From Camelus ferus (lineage: Eukaryota), in assembly GCF_009834535.1 (NCBI RefSeq), contig NC_045707.1:59336001-59400000 (forward strand): DNA of 64,000 nucleotides. Reading direction: 5' to 3'. Shown here piece after piece: positions 1 to 13,279 of the stretch. Position numbers and translations under genes: made by a program. The notes below the pieces were generated by a model, which was given only the letters and a program-made list of their open reading frames with translations, made no database searches and had not been told where the DNA came from. Every line of letters starts with the position of its first letter. Positions within the stretch are counted from its first letter, which is position 1.

Positions 1-781
1 CTTTTGCCTTTATCCAGGGATATCTCTCTTGGTGTTTCAATTTTACTCATTGTTTTGTTTGTTTGCTTCAGAATGAATAATTTTTGTCTGTATCCCTTAC
101 TACATTGTAAATTCCTTCAGAGAAGGGATTGAATCTTACTTATCTTAGTACCATTTGTGCCTATTGCAGTGCTGAAAACCTAGTCAGTACCTAATACATG
201 CATATTAAAGGAAGATAGGCTGAATAAATAGACAATATAATTTTTCACTTTACAGCCTGCCTCTCAAAGTTATAGTTTTAAGTTCTATTTTGAAAATAAT
301 AGTTCTTGAATAAGAACTAGCTCAGTTAATTTATTTCCTATAGAAAATATAAAACTTGAATTTTCACCAAGTAAGACGAGAAAAAGACCAGTTATTTATA
401 AAACTGTCAGGCAAGGCATGTTGCGCTCACGATGATAAATTTAAGGAAATTTGTACACCGTTAGCATGAGCCTTCACCATCATACAAAAAATCAGCTCTA
501 ATTCCAGAGAACAAAGGCTCTCACATCTTGTAGTGTATCAGATATCCCAGCTATACTCTGGGGCTCACAGCTGGGTTTCCGGCTAGACGGAAAATGAAAT
601 CTAAGAGGCATTACTGGTATGAGATTCTTATTGTATAGAAAGAGCAGCCAGCATCAAAGGCTGTCAAAGTTCCTGCTCCAAATTCACCGTTCACCTTGAG
701 CACATCAGAATCCAGGTCTTACTGGCAAGCAGATCTTAAATAAAACCTACCTTATGAAAGAGACAAAGAAAAGAGGGAAAG

Positions 782-912
782 TATATGTCCATGAATAACT
801 GAAAAATTGTGCTGAACACTGGAATTTGACACAACATTGTAAAATGATTATAAATCAATAAAAAATGTTAAAAAAAATAAAAAATAAAATAGTTGCTCAA
901 TAGAAAAAAAAA
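782..912 (+). mobile_element. Extremely 5'-truncated young L1 3' end (camelid type) with poly(A) and 13-bp TSD
   Basis: L1 terminal sequence 'gtccatgaataactgaaaaattgtgctgaacactggaatttgacacaacattgtaaaatgattataaatcaataaa' is followed by A-tracts. AAAAGAGGGAAAG is repeated at 769-781 and 913-925. Confidence 0.85.
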
Positions 913-1029
913 AAAAGAGGGAAAGATAGCGTTAGTAAACACCAAAGTATTTCCTAGAAATTCCACTTAAGGTTTACACATATATTTTAAAATTTATTTT
1001 AAATAAATTTAAAATTTATTTTAAATTAT

Positions 1030-1290
1030 GTTGAGTGTCTATTTGTGCCATGTATCATATATATGCAAGACAAAAATAAAGGAGAGTACGAAGTCCAGTG
1101 AAGGAGACGGAGAATTATATCAAAAATAAGATGACATTTTAAGCACAGTTTGTTTTATGAGAATGTAGGAAAAACCTAACTTGGACACGAGGAATAAGAG
1201 AGAGTTTCCAGTGGAGGAAACAAATTCTAAGCTGAGAACGTAGGATCAGTGAGAGTTAACCAGAAGAAGAAGATTCCAGAAAAAAATAAA
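1030..1290 (-). mobile_element. Degenerate L2 LINE fragment
   Basis: L2 antisense motifs 'ttgagtgtctatttgtgcca' and 'tctaagctgagaacgtaggatcagtgagagttaaccag'. Confidence 0.5.
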
Positions 1291-2049
1291 AACCTGAGTA
1301 GATCAACGTATTTCTCTTACAAGCCATGTTGTGAAGTTTGGACTAGGGAACTTAAGAATCACTGTCATATGAACAGCCTTCCTTTTGTTAATGAGTTCCC
1401 AAAAAGAAGGCAGATAGATATTCCTGTCCAGAAATCTGCAAGAGATTAAAATCCAGGCAGGCAGAGCAGACTGCGCCTGTGACATGGTCTTAGCGATCCC
1501 TTGTCTTCCTTTTGCTCTACCCACTTTCTGAGCTTTGATTGTGTGAACTCTCCAAGACGCTTCAAACAAATTCCATTTCTGCTTAAGTTACCCAGAGTTT
1601 TTTTTTTTTTATTATTATTTACAACCAAATTCCTTGATAATTCAGTCTTTTTAAAATTGAAAGCAGAAAATTGGTAAACAGTGATTTATGCTTTAGGACA
1701 ATTTATCTAGCTATAAAGTTTGTAACAGGAAGGAGGGCTAAGCTGGAGCCAAGGAGTTTGCAATCTTGCCAAACTCGAGATTCTGATAGCCATCTAAGGT
1801 GGCGGTGCTGAGCAAAGAGAACAGCCAGTAGCCCCGAGGGATACTGACTGAGAATTTACAAATATGTAGCAGTTAGGGTGAAAGAGAAATGATGGCTTTC
1901 TTCATTCTTATGAAAGACACTTACTGACCAACCTCTGAATACACATTTAAAGTACAGGCAACTATGTGGGAACTCTGCCAAAGAAGCTTAAGAAAAAAAG
2001 AGAGAATAAACCTAAAGGACATATCAGAAGGGAAATGACAGAAGTGGAG

Positions 2050-3030
2050 CAATCAGGATTTAAGTAAGCAAAAACCTACCTCCAAGTGGCTTGAACAGTA
2101 AGGGATTTTTTTTTTTTTTTTTTGGCTCATCTATTGAAAGTTCAGAGGTAGATTGTTGATTTAATCTATTAGTGAAGGTTAAATCTTCCTGGATCATACT
2201 TGACTCTTTCATCCTGTTTGGGTGCCTTTTCTTACTAGGATAATGCGAACGGGGTTACAGCAGTATGGGGCCGCACATCTCTGCTCAAGGGCTCAGAGGG
2301 AAGAGAGCATCACTTGCAGCATCTGTCTCTTAAGGGATAGACCACATTTTCCAAAAGGTCCAGAAAACGTCTCCCTCTTTATCACTGTTGTCTATTAGCA
2401 CATGTGTCTGTAGGGAAGCAAAATATCCCACCCTAAAATATCTCTTTGGCATGAGGATTACTTCCAGCTGAAAACAATCAAGGCCCAAAAGCCTCAGGAA
2501 GAAACTCTGATCTTCCCCTTCACTGCTTACAGAGGACAGATAACCTGTTCCAAGAAGGGAGCTAGCACCATCAGTAGCTATAGTATGAACCAGTGTGTAA
2601 ACAGGGAGAAACTTAGCAAAATCTAACTGGTTAAAATTCCTCTTTGTGTCCTATGGCCCAGTGAACATTTGTTTACCAAATATTTGCTTTTCCATCTCCA
2701 TGTCAATGGCTTTCCTCCCCTTTGAGGTCCCAAACCACTACCCCTGACATCCTTTTCTGTCTTTAGCTGAAGATGGCATTTAAGGTGAGGGCTGTGGCCA
2801 TTTGGATGAGTAATTCAATTTTTCTGGGTCTCTTCCGTGTATACATGTTATTAAACTTTTGCTTGATTTCCTCCTGTTAATCTGCCTCATGTCATTTTAA
2901 TTCTTAGATGAGCCAGAAGAACCTAGAAAGGGAGAGGAAAATTTCTTCCTTCCCAACATGTCCATTCTGGAAATAAATATTATGGCTAGGAGAATTACAT
3001 GTGTCACAGGCTTAGGCTTGGGTTCCTCCA
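2050..3030 (-). mobile_element. Old MaLR (MLT1-type) LTR interrupted by an ERV1 LTR
   Basis: 'aagtggcttgaacagtaaggga...ggctcat...gaaagttcagaggtag' matches the antisense MLT1 3' end. The sequence resumes after 2962. Confidence 0.5.
2409..2958 (+). mobile_element. ERV1 solo LTR, MER34-related
   Basis: TG...CA termini and TSD TGTC (2405-2408, 2959-2962). Starts 'tgtagggaagcaaaatatcccaccctaaaatatctctttggcatgaggatta'. ATTAAA at 2850-2855. Homologous to the copy at 13679-14243. Confidence 0.85.
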
Positions 3031-3139
3031 GAAAAATTGATTTAGAAAAAGTACGTGATAGTTTTAAAAATAGAAGGAGGTGCAGGACACAAATAAACAA
3101 TATTTATTGAAGGGGCAATGCGGTGTTAGTACATTAGAG

Positions 3140-5900
3140 GTTGTTTCTAAACATAAGAGAATATTATAAATAACTTTATGTGAATATATTTGAAAAGATA
3201 GATGAAATGAGCAATTTTGTATAAAAAATAAGTTAGGTTACTAAAATTGACTTAATAAGTAGAAAAACCAAGCAGATGAGTAGCCATTAAAAGATTTAAT
3301 CACATGGAAAAAACAAACTTTCTCTAAAATTAGCATTTAATCCAGACCATTGCAGAGTTAGTTTTACCAGACCTTAACCCTCCCAGACTTCAGACAATGC
3401 TACAGGGCTATAGTAATCAAAACAGCATGGTACTGGCACAAAAGCAGACATATAGATCAATGGAACAGAACCGAGAGCCCAGAAAACAACCCACAGACCT
3501 ATGGTCAATTAATCTTTCACAAAGGAGGCAAGAATATACAGTGGAGAAAAGACAGTCTCTTCAGCATGTGGTGTTGGGAAAACTTTCCAGCAGCATGTAA
3601 ATCAATGAAGTTAGAACATTCCCTCACACCATACACAAAAATAAACTCAAAATGGCTTAAAGACTTAAATATAAGACAAGCTACTATAAACCTCCTAGAA
3701 AAAGGACATAGGCAAAACATTCTCTAACATAAATCTTAGCAATGTTCTCCTAGGGCAGTCTACCCAGGCAATAGAAATAAAAGCAAAAATAAACAAATGG
3801 GACCTAATTAAATTTACAAGCTTTTGCACAGCAAAGGGAACTATAAGCAAAACAAAATGACAGCCTACGGAATGGGAGACAATATTTGCAAATGATGTGA
3901 CTGACAAAGGTTTAATTTCCAGAATATATAAACAGCTCATACAACTTAATAACAACAAAAACAAAACCCAATCCAAAAATGGGCAGAAGACCTAAACAAG
4001 CAATTCTCCAATGAAGACATATAAATGGCCAAAAGACACATGAAAATATGCTCAATATCACTAATTATCAGAGAAATGCAAATCAAAACTACAATGAGGT
4101 ATCACCTCACACCACTCAGAATGGCCATCATTCAAAAATCGAAAAATGATAAATGCTGGAGAAGCTGTGAAAAAAGGAGCCCTCCTACACTGTTGGTGGG
4201 AATGCAGTTTGGTGCAGCCACTGTGGAAAACAGTATGGAGATTCCTCAAAAAACTGAAAATAAACTTACCATATGATCTAGCAATCCCACTCCTAGACAT
4301 ATATCTGGAGGGAACTCTAATTCAAAAAGGTATATGCACTCCAATATTCATAGTACTGCTATATGTAATAGCCAAGATGTGGAAACAACTTTAATGTCCA
4401 TTGATGGATAACTGGATAAAGAAGTTGTGCTATATTTATACAATGGAATACTACTTGGTGATAAAAAAAGGAATAAAATAATGCCATTTGCAGCAACACG
4501 GATGGATTTGGAGATTGTCATTCTAAGTGAAGTAAGCCAGAAAGAGAAAGAAAAATACTGTATGATATCAGTCATATGCGGAATGAAAAAAAAAAAAAAG
4601 AAAAAAAAGAAAAGAAAGAAAGAAAAACAAAGACACTAATGAACTCATCTACAAAACAGAAACAGACTCGCAGACATAGTGAACAATCTTATGGTTACCC
4701 AGGGAAAGGTAATGGGATAGGAAAGGAAGGGATAAATTTGGGAGTTTGAGATTTGCAAATGTTAAACACTACAAATAAAAGTAGATAAAAAACAAATTTC
4801 TCCTGTATAGCACAGGGAACTATATTCAATATCTTGTAATAACCTCTAATGAAAAAGAATGTGAAACAAATATATGTATATATATGCATATTGAGACATT
4901 ATGCTGTACACCAGAAATTGACACATTGTAACTGACTATATTTCAATTTAAAAAAAATTAGAAAAAAAAGACCTTAAAACTATAAGTAATCCCTATATTA
5001 CCAAAATATTTTAGAAACAAAGCATTATAAAAAAACTCTCATTCATTTTATGATTCTAATATAATATACATGGAAATTGGGCAACAGCATAAAAATTAAA
5101 TTGTCTCACCTTTAAAAATACAAGAAGACATAAAAAGAAAACATAGAAATCAACTCAACTCAATAAAGTATTTTTAAAAATCTCAAAAGTACCAAAAAAG
5201 GTTTATTCCAGGAATGCAGTGCTGGTAAAATACATTTTTTAAAATTAACAATTCAACATAAAACAACTATTACACTGAAAGGTCACATGAGAAAGAAAAA
5301 AATAAGTGCAGAAGAAAACGATTTCTATAAAAATTCTTAGCAATTTAAGAATCAAAGGGGATGTTTTTACTTGATAAAGTTCTACCAAAAATCTACAGGC
5401 ATATCATTCTTAAAAGTAAAATATAATAATCATTCTTAGTAATGTCAAAAAATGAAACGAGATGTTTTATTACCACTCAATTATTGAAAGTTTCACTGGA
5501 TGTTCTTGCCAGTATTATAATTTAAAAAATTATATGAAACATTCAAGTATTTTTAAAGTCACAAAATTGTTGTTATTTACATAGACAATCCAAGACATTC
5601 CTAGATATCATTCAATCTAATTAAGACTTTAGTAAATCTGCTGGATACAAAAAAAAAAAAAAAATACTGAAATCATTAGAATTCTTATCAAGGAGCAATA
5701 ACAAATTAGAAAATGCTATGTAAAATGTAAACATTCAAAACAGCAATGAAAATTATATTTACCTTTAGTACCCATTAGGAGTAAAGCTAACAAAATCATG
5801 TGAGACCTGAAAAAACAATTATCAAATATTAAAGTACACAGGAGATGAATGAGCGAGGAGAGAGTCACATTCATATTTATACAGAAAGCAAAACTTCAAC
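3140..5900 (+). mobile_element. Ancient L1 (L1M-type) ORF2 relic, split by a younger L1 insertion
   Basis: A-rich degenerate ORF2-like sequence ('gatagatgaaatgagcaattttgta', 'ggtttattccaggaatgcag', 'ctggatacaaaa') lies on both sides of 3378-4968. Confidence 0.65.
3378..4968 (+). mobile_element. 5'-truncated L1 (3' part of ORF2, 3' UTR and poly(A)), frameshifted
   Basis: ORF-track peptides [45 protein letters not shown] and IMPFAATRMDLEIVILSEVSQ are the L1 ORF2p C-terminal region. TSD AGACCTTAA at 3369-3377 and 4969-4977. Confidence 0.95.
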
Positions 5901-7315
5901 CTGTCAGTATTGGCCAATTCTGTAATGGTGGGCACCTGGTGTTTGTTGTGTGACTTACTGTTACCCTGCCTTTTTTTTTTTTAACTTTTCAAAACAATTA
6001 CAAAACAGTAAAACAAACTTCATGTTTCCACAGAGAAAAACATATTTTACTTTGTGAATCAATGGCATAAATTTCCTACAAATGCTATTATCTGTGTAAA
6101 AATTTAACACAAGTATTCTATTCCCAGAACCAAGGCAGAAGGGTTTCATACGGGGTTCCTGCCTGAAAATATTTGCTGTTTGAGAAGAGGAAATATTGAA
6201 GTCTACTTTAAAGTACATAAAGACAATTGTACAGTAGGATTAAATCTTAGGGAAAAAGCTTACAAAAAGATTTGCTGCCCCCCTTTTTTCTTAAAATGAC
6301 TATGTCAATATATAATATTGAGTATATGATAAAACTGTAAGGTTTTTCTCTCAGAAAGCAAATAGTGTTTATTGAAAAGTGTGAAGCAAAGTGAGGTGAG
6401 TTTTGAGAAAAATAATATTTTTCGAGGCTTTTCAATGTATTTTCCTTAACAGTCTCTGTCTTTTCATAAGTATTAGATATCTGCTAAGACACTGATTTAT
6501 ATATATTTTTTCTGTCTGAAAGGTGTATTAACATCTTTCAGAGTATCTATAAAACAGGATTACTTTTTTTCCATGAGAATTAGTGAAGAATTTTTTTCAC
6601 ATCTTATTTCCAAATATTATTAGATATTTGACACTTCAGGATGATTTAAATTACTTTCGATGAGCTTGAGATACAGTTTTATCACATTGCTTTCTTGAAC
6701 CAAGAGGAAAGAAAATTGCATATTAGTTTTATTTTCTCACCAAGACAAGATTAAACTAAAATGGCAATAATAATATTTTTTTAAACCAAAGAATGTATCT
6801 TCTGGGGGTGAAATATCAACATGGATGGAAAACTTGAATTTAGCTGTTCTCACAAAAGTTGGGAGTTGGGAAATCATCAGTGGTTAGACACAGGATTCTA
6901 GACAGCTTCATGGCAATGAACTACAAATCCTAAATATTTTCCCCTATTGTCTCAACTATCAAAATTCTACACACGATGAAAGTTCCATTTAAATTTGATT
7001 GTCTCTAAATGTTTTCCCAATTGATTAAAATTGTATATGATCTCTGCCTGCAAGCTGATTTGGGGGTTTGTGTGAACCAGGCTTAGTCATACTCTGCTAG
7101 ATTTGGAGAGGAACATTCAGATCATCCAGGCCAAGCTTCTTTCCAATGAATAACTGATTTCCTTACATAACAATGCTGGCAAAAAGGCCAGCTTCTGCTT
7201 AAACATTGTCTAGTGTTTACAGACTTCAGCAGACATTCCAACAGAGGCCTAATATCCAAAACCAATACTCCCTTTTCTCCTTACTCCCCAAAGCCAGAGA
7301 TTACAGTGTCTAATG

Positions 7316-7336
7316 ATCATCATCATCATCATCATC
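7316..7336. repeat. (ATC)7 microsatellite
   Basis: Read directly from the sequence. Confidence 0.9.
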
Positions 7337-7339
7337 CTG

Positions 7340-7672
7340 GACTTAGATAAGAAAAACCTTTTTTCAGAAGAAAAACTATTGCAGTAGGGAGAACTCTCCA
7401 ATCTCAGAGATCAAAAACCTCAAAATCAAACTGAAAGGCTTTTCTTTTATCAGTAAGAGGAAATCAGCAAAAAAAAAAAAAAAAAAAAGGAGTGAGGCGT
7501 CTGTTCTGTGAGGGTGGAGGGGGAATGCGCCTTGTGGTCAACCACTGCTCAGCACAAGCTGAGAGGTGGGCGTGCTCTGCTTTTGAGTACTTGTGTAGGC
7601 TTGGGGCAGGCTGATGCTCAGGGCTTTCTGGGAAAGAGAGGAGACTGACTAAAGTTCGGTCAGCAAAAAGCA
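7340..7672 (-). mobile_element. ERV1 LTR (MER31/MER67-like), degenerate
   Basis: The reverse complement starts 'tgctttttgctgaccgaactttagtcagtctcctc', resembling the MER31-group 5' end. 'actattgcagtagggagaactc' resembles the antisense U5. Confidence 0.55.
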
Positions 7673-10600
7673 GAGGTTTAAAAATGGGAAACTGTGAGCA
7701 CTTGGTGGGAAGCAATGATGTTTATCTGGAAGGTGGCTATGTGATGTAGTCCAGGCTAATAGGATGCAAGCAGAAGAGGCCTTCGGCTTGTTTTTCTGAT
7801 AAATCCTGACAAAAAGGGACCTACTTGGCTGGCAAACATCTTTTACAGGCACACTATGCCTGGAAGTAGAGCAACGATCTGAGGAGTATGAGGAAGAAAA
7901 ACACAAAATGAAGAATGAGCGTTAGACGGAGACAGATCACTACTGGCATAAATAACTCAGCATAAATGCCTGGATTTCTATTTTGAATAACTGCTGTTAG
8001 GTTAAGTAGCAGTAGTCAAACTTCCGTTACTTGCAACCAAACACAATCTTACCTAATGGAAAAAAAAATGTTTAATAATCTATTCTAAAAATTTGCCCAA
8101 AATCAACATTAATTTATTACTTTTTAAGTCATCTAAAATCTCCACTGCTCTATTTTTGTTAAAGTTTTCGCAAGAAAGTTCTGTGGATTTTCAATAATTT
8201 TTCATGATGATTTTCAATAAATACTTCTTACCTTCATTTTTCCAATTCCTATGTACATATTTCTTTATGATCCTTACATTTTGCCTTTCACTTTAATTAT
8301 TGTCACATGTATCTTTTAACACATATCTTGATATACATACATTTAATCTATGCATATCTATTTCTATATCTGTGTATCAGGAAGCCAAATGTTTAACGTT
8401 AGTGTGTATTTTTTATTCTGCATTCTCCCAGTGCCTTTCATTTGGTAAATACTCCATAAATATCTTAATTCCATGCAATTTCTAATTCTGACAAATTATA
8501 AACATTGAGAGGACTTGGAAAGCTCTCATTTAGTTTTAATGGTATTTCAAAACATCACCACTGTGCTAATAGCTACATGACAAGAATTAACCAAAACTAA
8601 ATATGGGTATCTTTCTGAAAGTCTTTTTTTAAGTTAATTGAATTATTTCAATTGCATTAGAAAAGTATAATATTTAAAGAAATCCTGAGGTGAAGTCTTT
8701 TAACAAATGTAGTAAGTCTCCCTTCATTACCCATAATTTATTTATTTGCTGGGTTTTTATATTGCTCTAGGCAGAATTTGGAAGGCAGGGATGCTTACTA
8801 TAGTCAGTTATGTAAGATTTAATCAGGATGTCGACAAACAATTTGAATAGTTGTCAGGGAGATGAAGGAGAGGCAAAGGGTGGCTCTTAAAAAAAAAATA
8901 AAAAAGCCCAAATTTTTCCAATCAAGAATTCTAGTAAACAAGGTGATTTTATCTGGAAGCAGCTTGATTCTACGGCGCAGCTTTACCCAGGGTCACTCTA
9001 AGTACCACTTTATGGTCAGTGTGATGCTCATCCCCTGTGTAAATCTGCATCTCTCCTGGTTTATTAAGATCCTTCTTGGATCTATGTAGTTTTGAATTTT
9101 GAAGTCCAGAGATTCCCTTTTCTCAGATTTTTCCCCCATGTGCATTTAGGGGTCATCTGTCTGGCAGACAGAAGATCTGATTCAAGGCTTGATACTACCT
9201 AAGACACAGTCCTCTATGAACTGTGTGGTATTATATAAGGACAATTAGAAAGCAAAGGCCAGGCGATATAGCCTATTACTGTCATAGTGAAATTCCCTTA
9301 GGGAAGACACACATCAAAGTAAGTTTTAAACGTGGTTCTAAATAGGCTTATTTATTGCATGCTCCATGAGGAAAAAGATTAATCCAAAGAAAGGAAACCC
9401 TAGAATTATAGCATGTATCAAAAAATCCTATCTTTCAAGCATACTGAATGACTACAAAGGTTAGCATTGTTCACTATAGGTATATAGAATACAAAGAAAA
9501 TGGTTTATAATTAGGAATTCAATTATTCATAAGTAAACCGTGCTTCCAAATTTCATGTCTGAAAACAACATGCATTATTATATTTTAATTCTTTTAAAAC
9601 ATTTTCTTGGCAAATAGCTTTGCATAATTCACTTTGTTTAGCCAAAGCTTCTAATCATGGAATGTAAAATTAAGCTTCATGTTAGGTGATGTATGAAAGA
9701 CAATGCATTCTAAATGAATAAAATCTCAACTTCAATATATGTAATACTGAGTTTTCTATCAACATATACTGCTCTTTATATAAAGACACAAAACAATAGA
9801 AAATATTGGTGAGTAAAATTTTAAAACATAAAAACTCTCACCACCTCCTTTAAATAAAACTGTCAAATATTAGAAAATATCTGGTGTTATTTGAAAGGTA
9901 TTCAATTCCAGGCCCTTTCCTGGTACTTATAAATAATTTCCATCTGAAAGAACAGAGGTGTTTATTACAAGGCTTTTACAAAGAAAAGTGCTAGATGTTT
10001 TTAAATCATTTTTGTAAGCGACATTCAACTCTTATATTGACCAAGCTACATTACAATTTGTTTTGCATTTTTATCTAGGATATGTGACCATAAGAACTCT
10101 GCGAATCAAGTCTACATAATGTTTTATTGCCAAGGTTTGCAGATTGAGTTTAGGGAGGAATAAGAGAAAAATTAAAGAACCGGAAAGCAACTGAGAAAAC
10201 ATACCCATGGTACAATCATTGTGAGTGAATGTTGAATAGCGAACAAGAATTATTCTACCAAATTTGCAGTTTTTGTAGATCATCTGGCAATTACTTAAGG
10301 AGAGGGAACGTCCTTGTACATTTTGATTTAGTCATTATCTCTTCAATCCGTCTCAGCTTTATCACTTTGAAAAATCTGGAAAAAAAAATGCCATTTGCAT
10401 TCCATAATTACATCAAGGGACTTGAGAGTTTTGGCGTCGCATTCTTTGAAAGCAGAGGGCACGTCAAGGCAAATCGGTTGCAGTGACTAATCACAGGAGT
10501 CCCTAGGCCTGGGCTTCCCGCCCTCAGCTGAAGACCTTTGCCACACTGTCATTACTATGGGCTGTCTGCTGGCTGGCTGACCCCAGCTTCCTTCTGCTTC

Positions 10601-10741
10601 TCCAAAGCCCTTTATCACTCAATGATTAATGAACTGTAAAATAACAACCAGCCTCTGAGCCAGTCAAGATTCCTTCCCATGAATACTGAACGGAAATGCA
10701 AAGTTTCTTCCCTGAAGGTGTCAAGATTCTATGGGCAAACC

Positions 10742-10774
<33 letters not shown>

Positions 10775-11754
10775 AACCCTCCAGCACTGTTGCCAATCAG
10801 TGTAGGAAGCAAAATGTCAAAGGAGATATTCAAAGACCACTTCTCGTTTCCTCCAGTAACCCTAAGGTGCTGCTTATATGTTTTCATCAATTTATTCCAA
10901 ACTGTTCCAACTACTAGGATTCATGATTAGCTCTTTCAAAACTTCCATCTTGGGGCTGTCCTTTGGCACAAGGGGCTTTGTGAAAGAAAATGAAGCAAAT
11001 ACAATTTGAGAGCTGAGAGCAGGCTGACATCCTCAAGCTTACATAACTCAGTCAGGAAAGCTCCATGCGCAATGTTTCTTCTAATAATAATAGTTTCCTC
11101 AAAGAAAAGAAAGCGTGGATGCAGTGAGATCATAAGCTAAAGGGAAAAACCACAAGCTCAGGAAAAGAGGAAATAAAACAGAAATCTTAGAAGAGAAAGA
11201 TGAGACCCGGTTTAAAGCTAGCACATTGATTTCTAGGCATATCATCCAAACTGCATTTTCCAGCAAACCTTTCTTGCTTAAGAATTACAAATTCCAAGTG
11301 TTTTAAAATATTATCATGGATCCTGAATATGAACAACTAAAAGCTGACTTCAGCTTTCAGTAAACTTAGATTTAGCAAACATTTTGTCATCAAGATCCTC
11401 TATGGATGAAATAAATTTCTTCTCTTTTGAAACCATGCTTTCTCATCCTCCTTTTTATTACAAATAATAAATGTGAAATCACACATAACGCCCAATTATA
11501 AACCCTTTTTATTCTGTCACTGACTTATAAAATTATATTGGCCAAAAACATATTTCTCATTTGGTCTTTTGTATTACATTTTATGGCTCTTGAAACATCA
11601 AAAATTTCCATGTTGTATTCTTATTGCTTATATTATAGAAAGGAATATTTTGCTGTTCTCTGAACAGAAAACCAAATTTAAAATTTCTCAAGTATCCTAA
11701 CATGAAAAGTTTTCTCTTTCTCCAATGCATAATCTTCCTACCAACATATATATG

Positions 11755-12036
11755 CACTTGACCCTTAAATAACACAGGTTTGAAATGCATGGATCCTCTT
11801 ATACGGGGATTTTTTTTTTCAATAGTAAATACTACAGTGTTTACTTGCTTGATACTTATATACTTGATACAATATTTACTTGCTTGATACAGTATTTACC
11901 TGTTTGAATCCATGAATGTGAAACCTCAGATATGGAGGAACTGCATATTTACTGAGGGTTGACTGTAAACTATACGCAGATTTTTTATTGTGTTGGCGGT
12001 GCACCCCTAACCCCCACGTTGTTCAAGGGTCAACTA
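11755..12036 (+). mobile_element. Tigger2a-type (Tc1/mariner-pogo) non-autonomous DNA transposon
   Basis: Terminal inverted repeats 'cacttgacccttaaataacac' and 'cacgttgttcaagggtcaacta', followed by TA. Confidence 0.85.
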
Positions 12037-12378
12037 TACTAAATTATATTATTGTAAAAATAATAGTTTTTCCTGAGACATACGAATTCACATCATGACA
12101 TACCAGGGTACCTCAATATTTTGATAGAGCACAAACATTTTTTGTGATAATTTAGTATGCACTTTCTTAGTTTTTCAATAAATTTTAGTCAACAGTCTTG
12201 AGATGTAGTGGTTAAAAAAATTTTTTAACACATTCAGACACCATAAAATGTCTTAAAATTACTACTCCTTATGTTCCTTAAAAATATGCTTTGTTAGAGC
12301 TAAAAACAATTTCACATTTTTGCGCTCTGATGAAAGTGTAGCTTCAAATGTTTTTTACCTGTAGCTTTAAAAAAAAAA

Positions 12379-12457
12379 TTTTTTTTTAATGGCGGTACTG
12401 AGGATTGAACCCGGGACCTGTGCATGCACTCTACCACTGAGCTATACCCACCCCCCC
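12379..12457 (-). mobile_element. tRNA-derived SINE (Vic-1 type) with the anticodon segment deleted
   Basis: Reverse complement 'gggtatagctcagtggtagagtgcatgcacaggtcccgggttcaatcctcagtaccgccattaaaa' carries A and B boxes. Imperfect TSD ACCTGTAG (12357-12364) / ACTTGTAG (12458-12465). Confidence 0.85.
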
Positions 12458-13279
12458 ACTTGTAGTGTTAGAATCAGTAACTGTCTTCAACTCCTCATAA
12501 CTGTGGAAACAGCAACATGAAACTGATAGTGATTGTGAACTGACCCATTTAAGATCAGTGACGGTGTTTGAATTTTTTTAAACAAACACTGTAAAATTCA
12601 AAATGACAAAAAATGGCTGAAATGGATGTTTCAAATCCATGTTTTCCCCTAATGGATATGGCCTTACTGTTGTAGGAGTTGGGGTGCACAAAGATTTGTA
12701 ATGCAGGCTTAAAAGCTCTATTCAAAGTTGCAAATTTTTCACAATTGTTTCAAGAGATGAAATACTTGAACAAAATTTTAGAAAGCCCAGCACAAGTTTC
12801 TGGCTTGTTAGTTATTGTTGTTTTTCTCTTCTTTCTATCCATTCTTTGATAGCTTTCTCAGCGGACAGTGTTCTACAGGAGAGCAGGAGGACTCTGGTGA
12901 ATCAAGGGGAGTGACCACCACAGCAACCACTCTCCTCAGTGGTTATGTGGCATCACGTTGAGAAGGCAGCCAACCCACTGGCTGGCCAGGTACTCCTGGA
13001 TAGCCATCAACCCACCAATTCTATATGTCTGCTAGGAACACACTGTGTCAAAGCAGACAAAAATGGAAAATCACAAGAGAGTGAGAACAACAGAAATATG
13101 TTATTTTTTACCCCTTTGTTAACTTCAACTCTCCTCTTTGTTTTGGAAAAGAAAATGAACCATACACATTGTATCCTCTAAGGAATCATATTTTCATAAG
13201 GAATTATTAAAGATTGATTTATTGGTACCAAAATTGGCCAAGGTTTAGGATTTATACCTGTCAGTTTTTTAAACAGATG

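Larger units (their letters stand above)
7225..8055 (+). mobile_element. MaLR MLT1-type LTR interrupted by an ERV1 LTR
   Basis: MLT1 motifs 'gtggctatgtgatgtagtccaggctaataggatgcaagcagaag' and 3' end 'ttccgttacttgcaaccaaacacaatcttacctaat'. Confidence 0.5.

Noticed and set aside
985..1026. AT-only palindrome and tandem repeat (aaatttattt-t-aaataaattt)
   Set aside because: Low-complexity AT sequence, where such hairpins are expected by chance or slippage.
1791..1810. Second CTCF-like sequence 'catctaaggtggcggtg'
   Set aside because: The spacing and the CCAS half deviate from the core consensus.
3397..4639. Several ORFs with protein-like content
   Set aside because: They are frameshifted L1 ORF2 fragments and antisense L1 ORFs, not a host gene.
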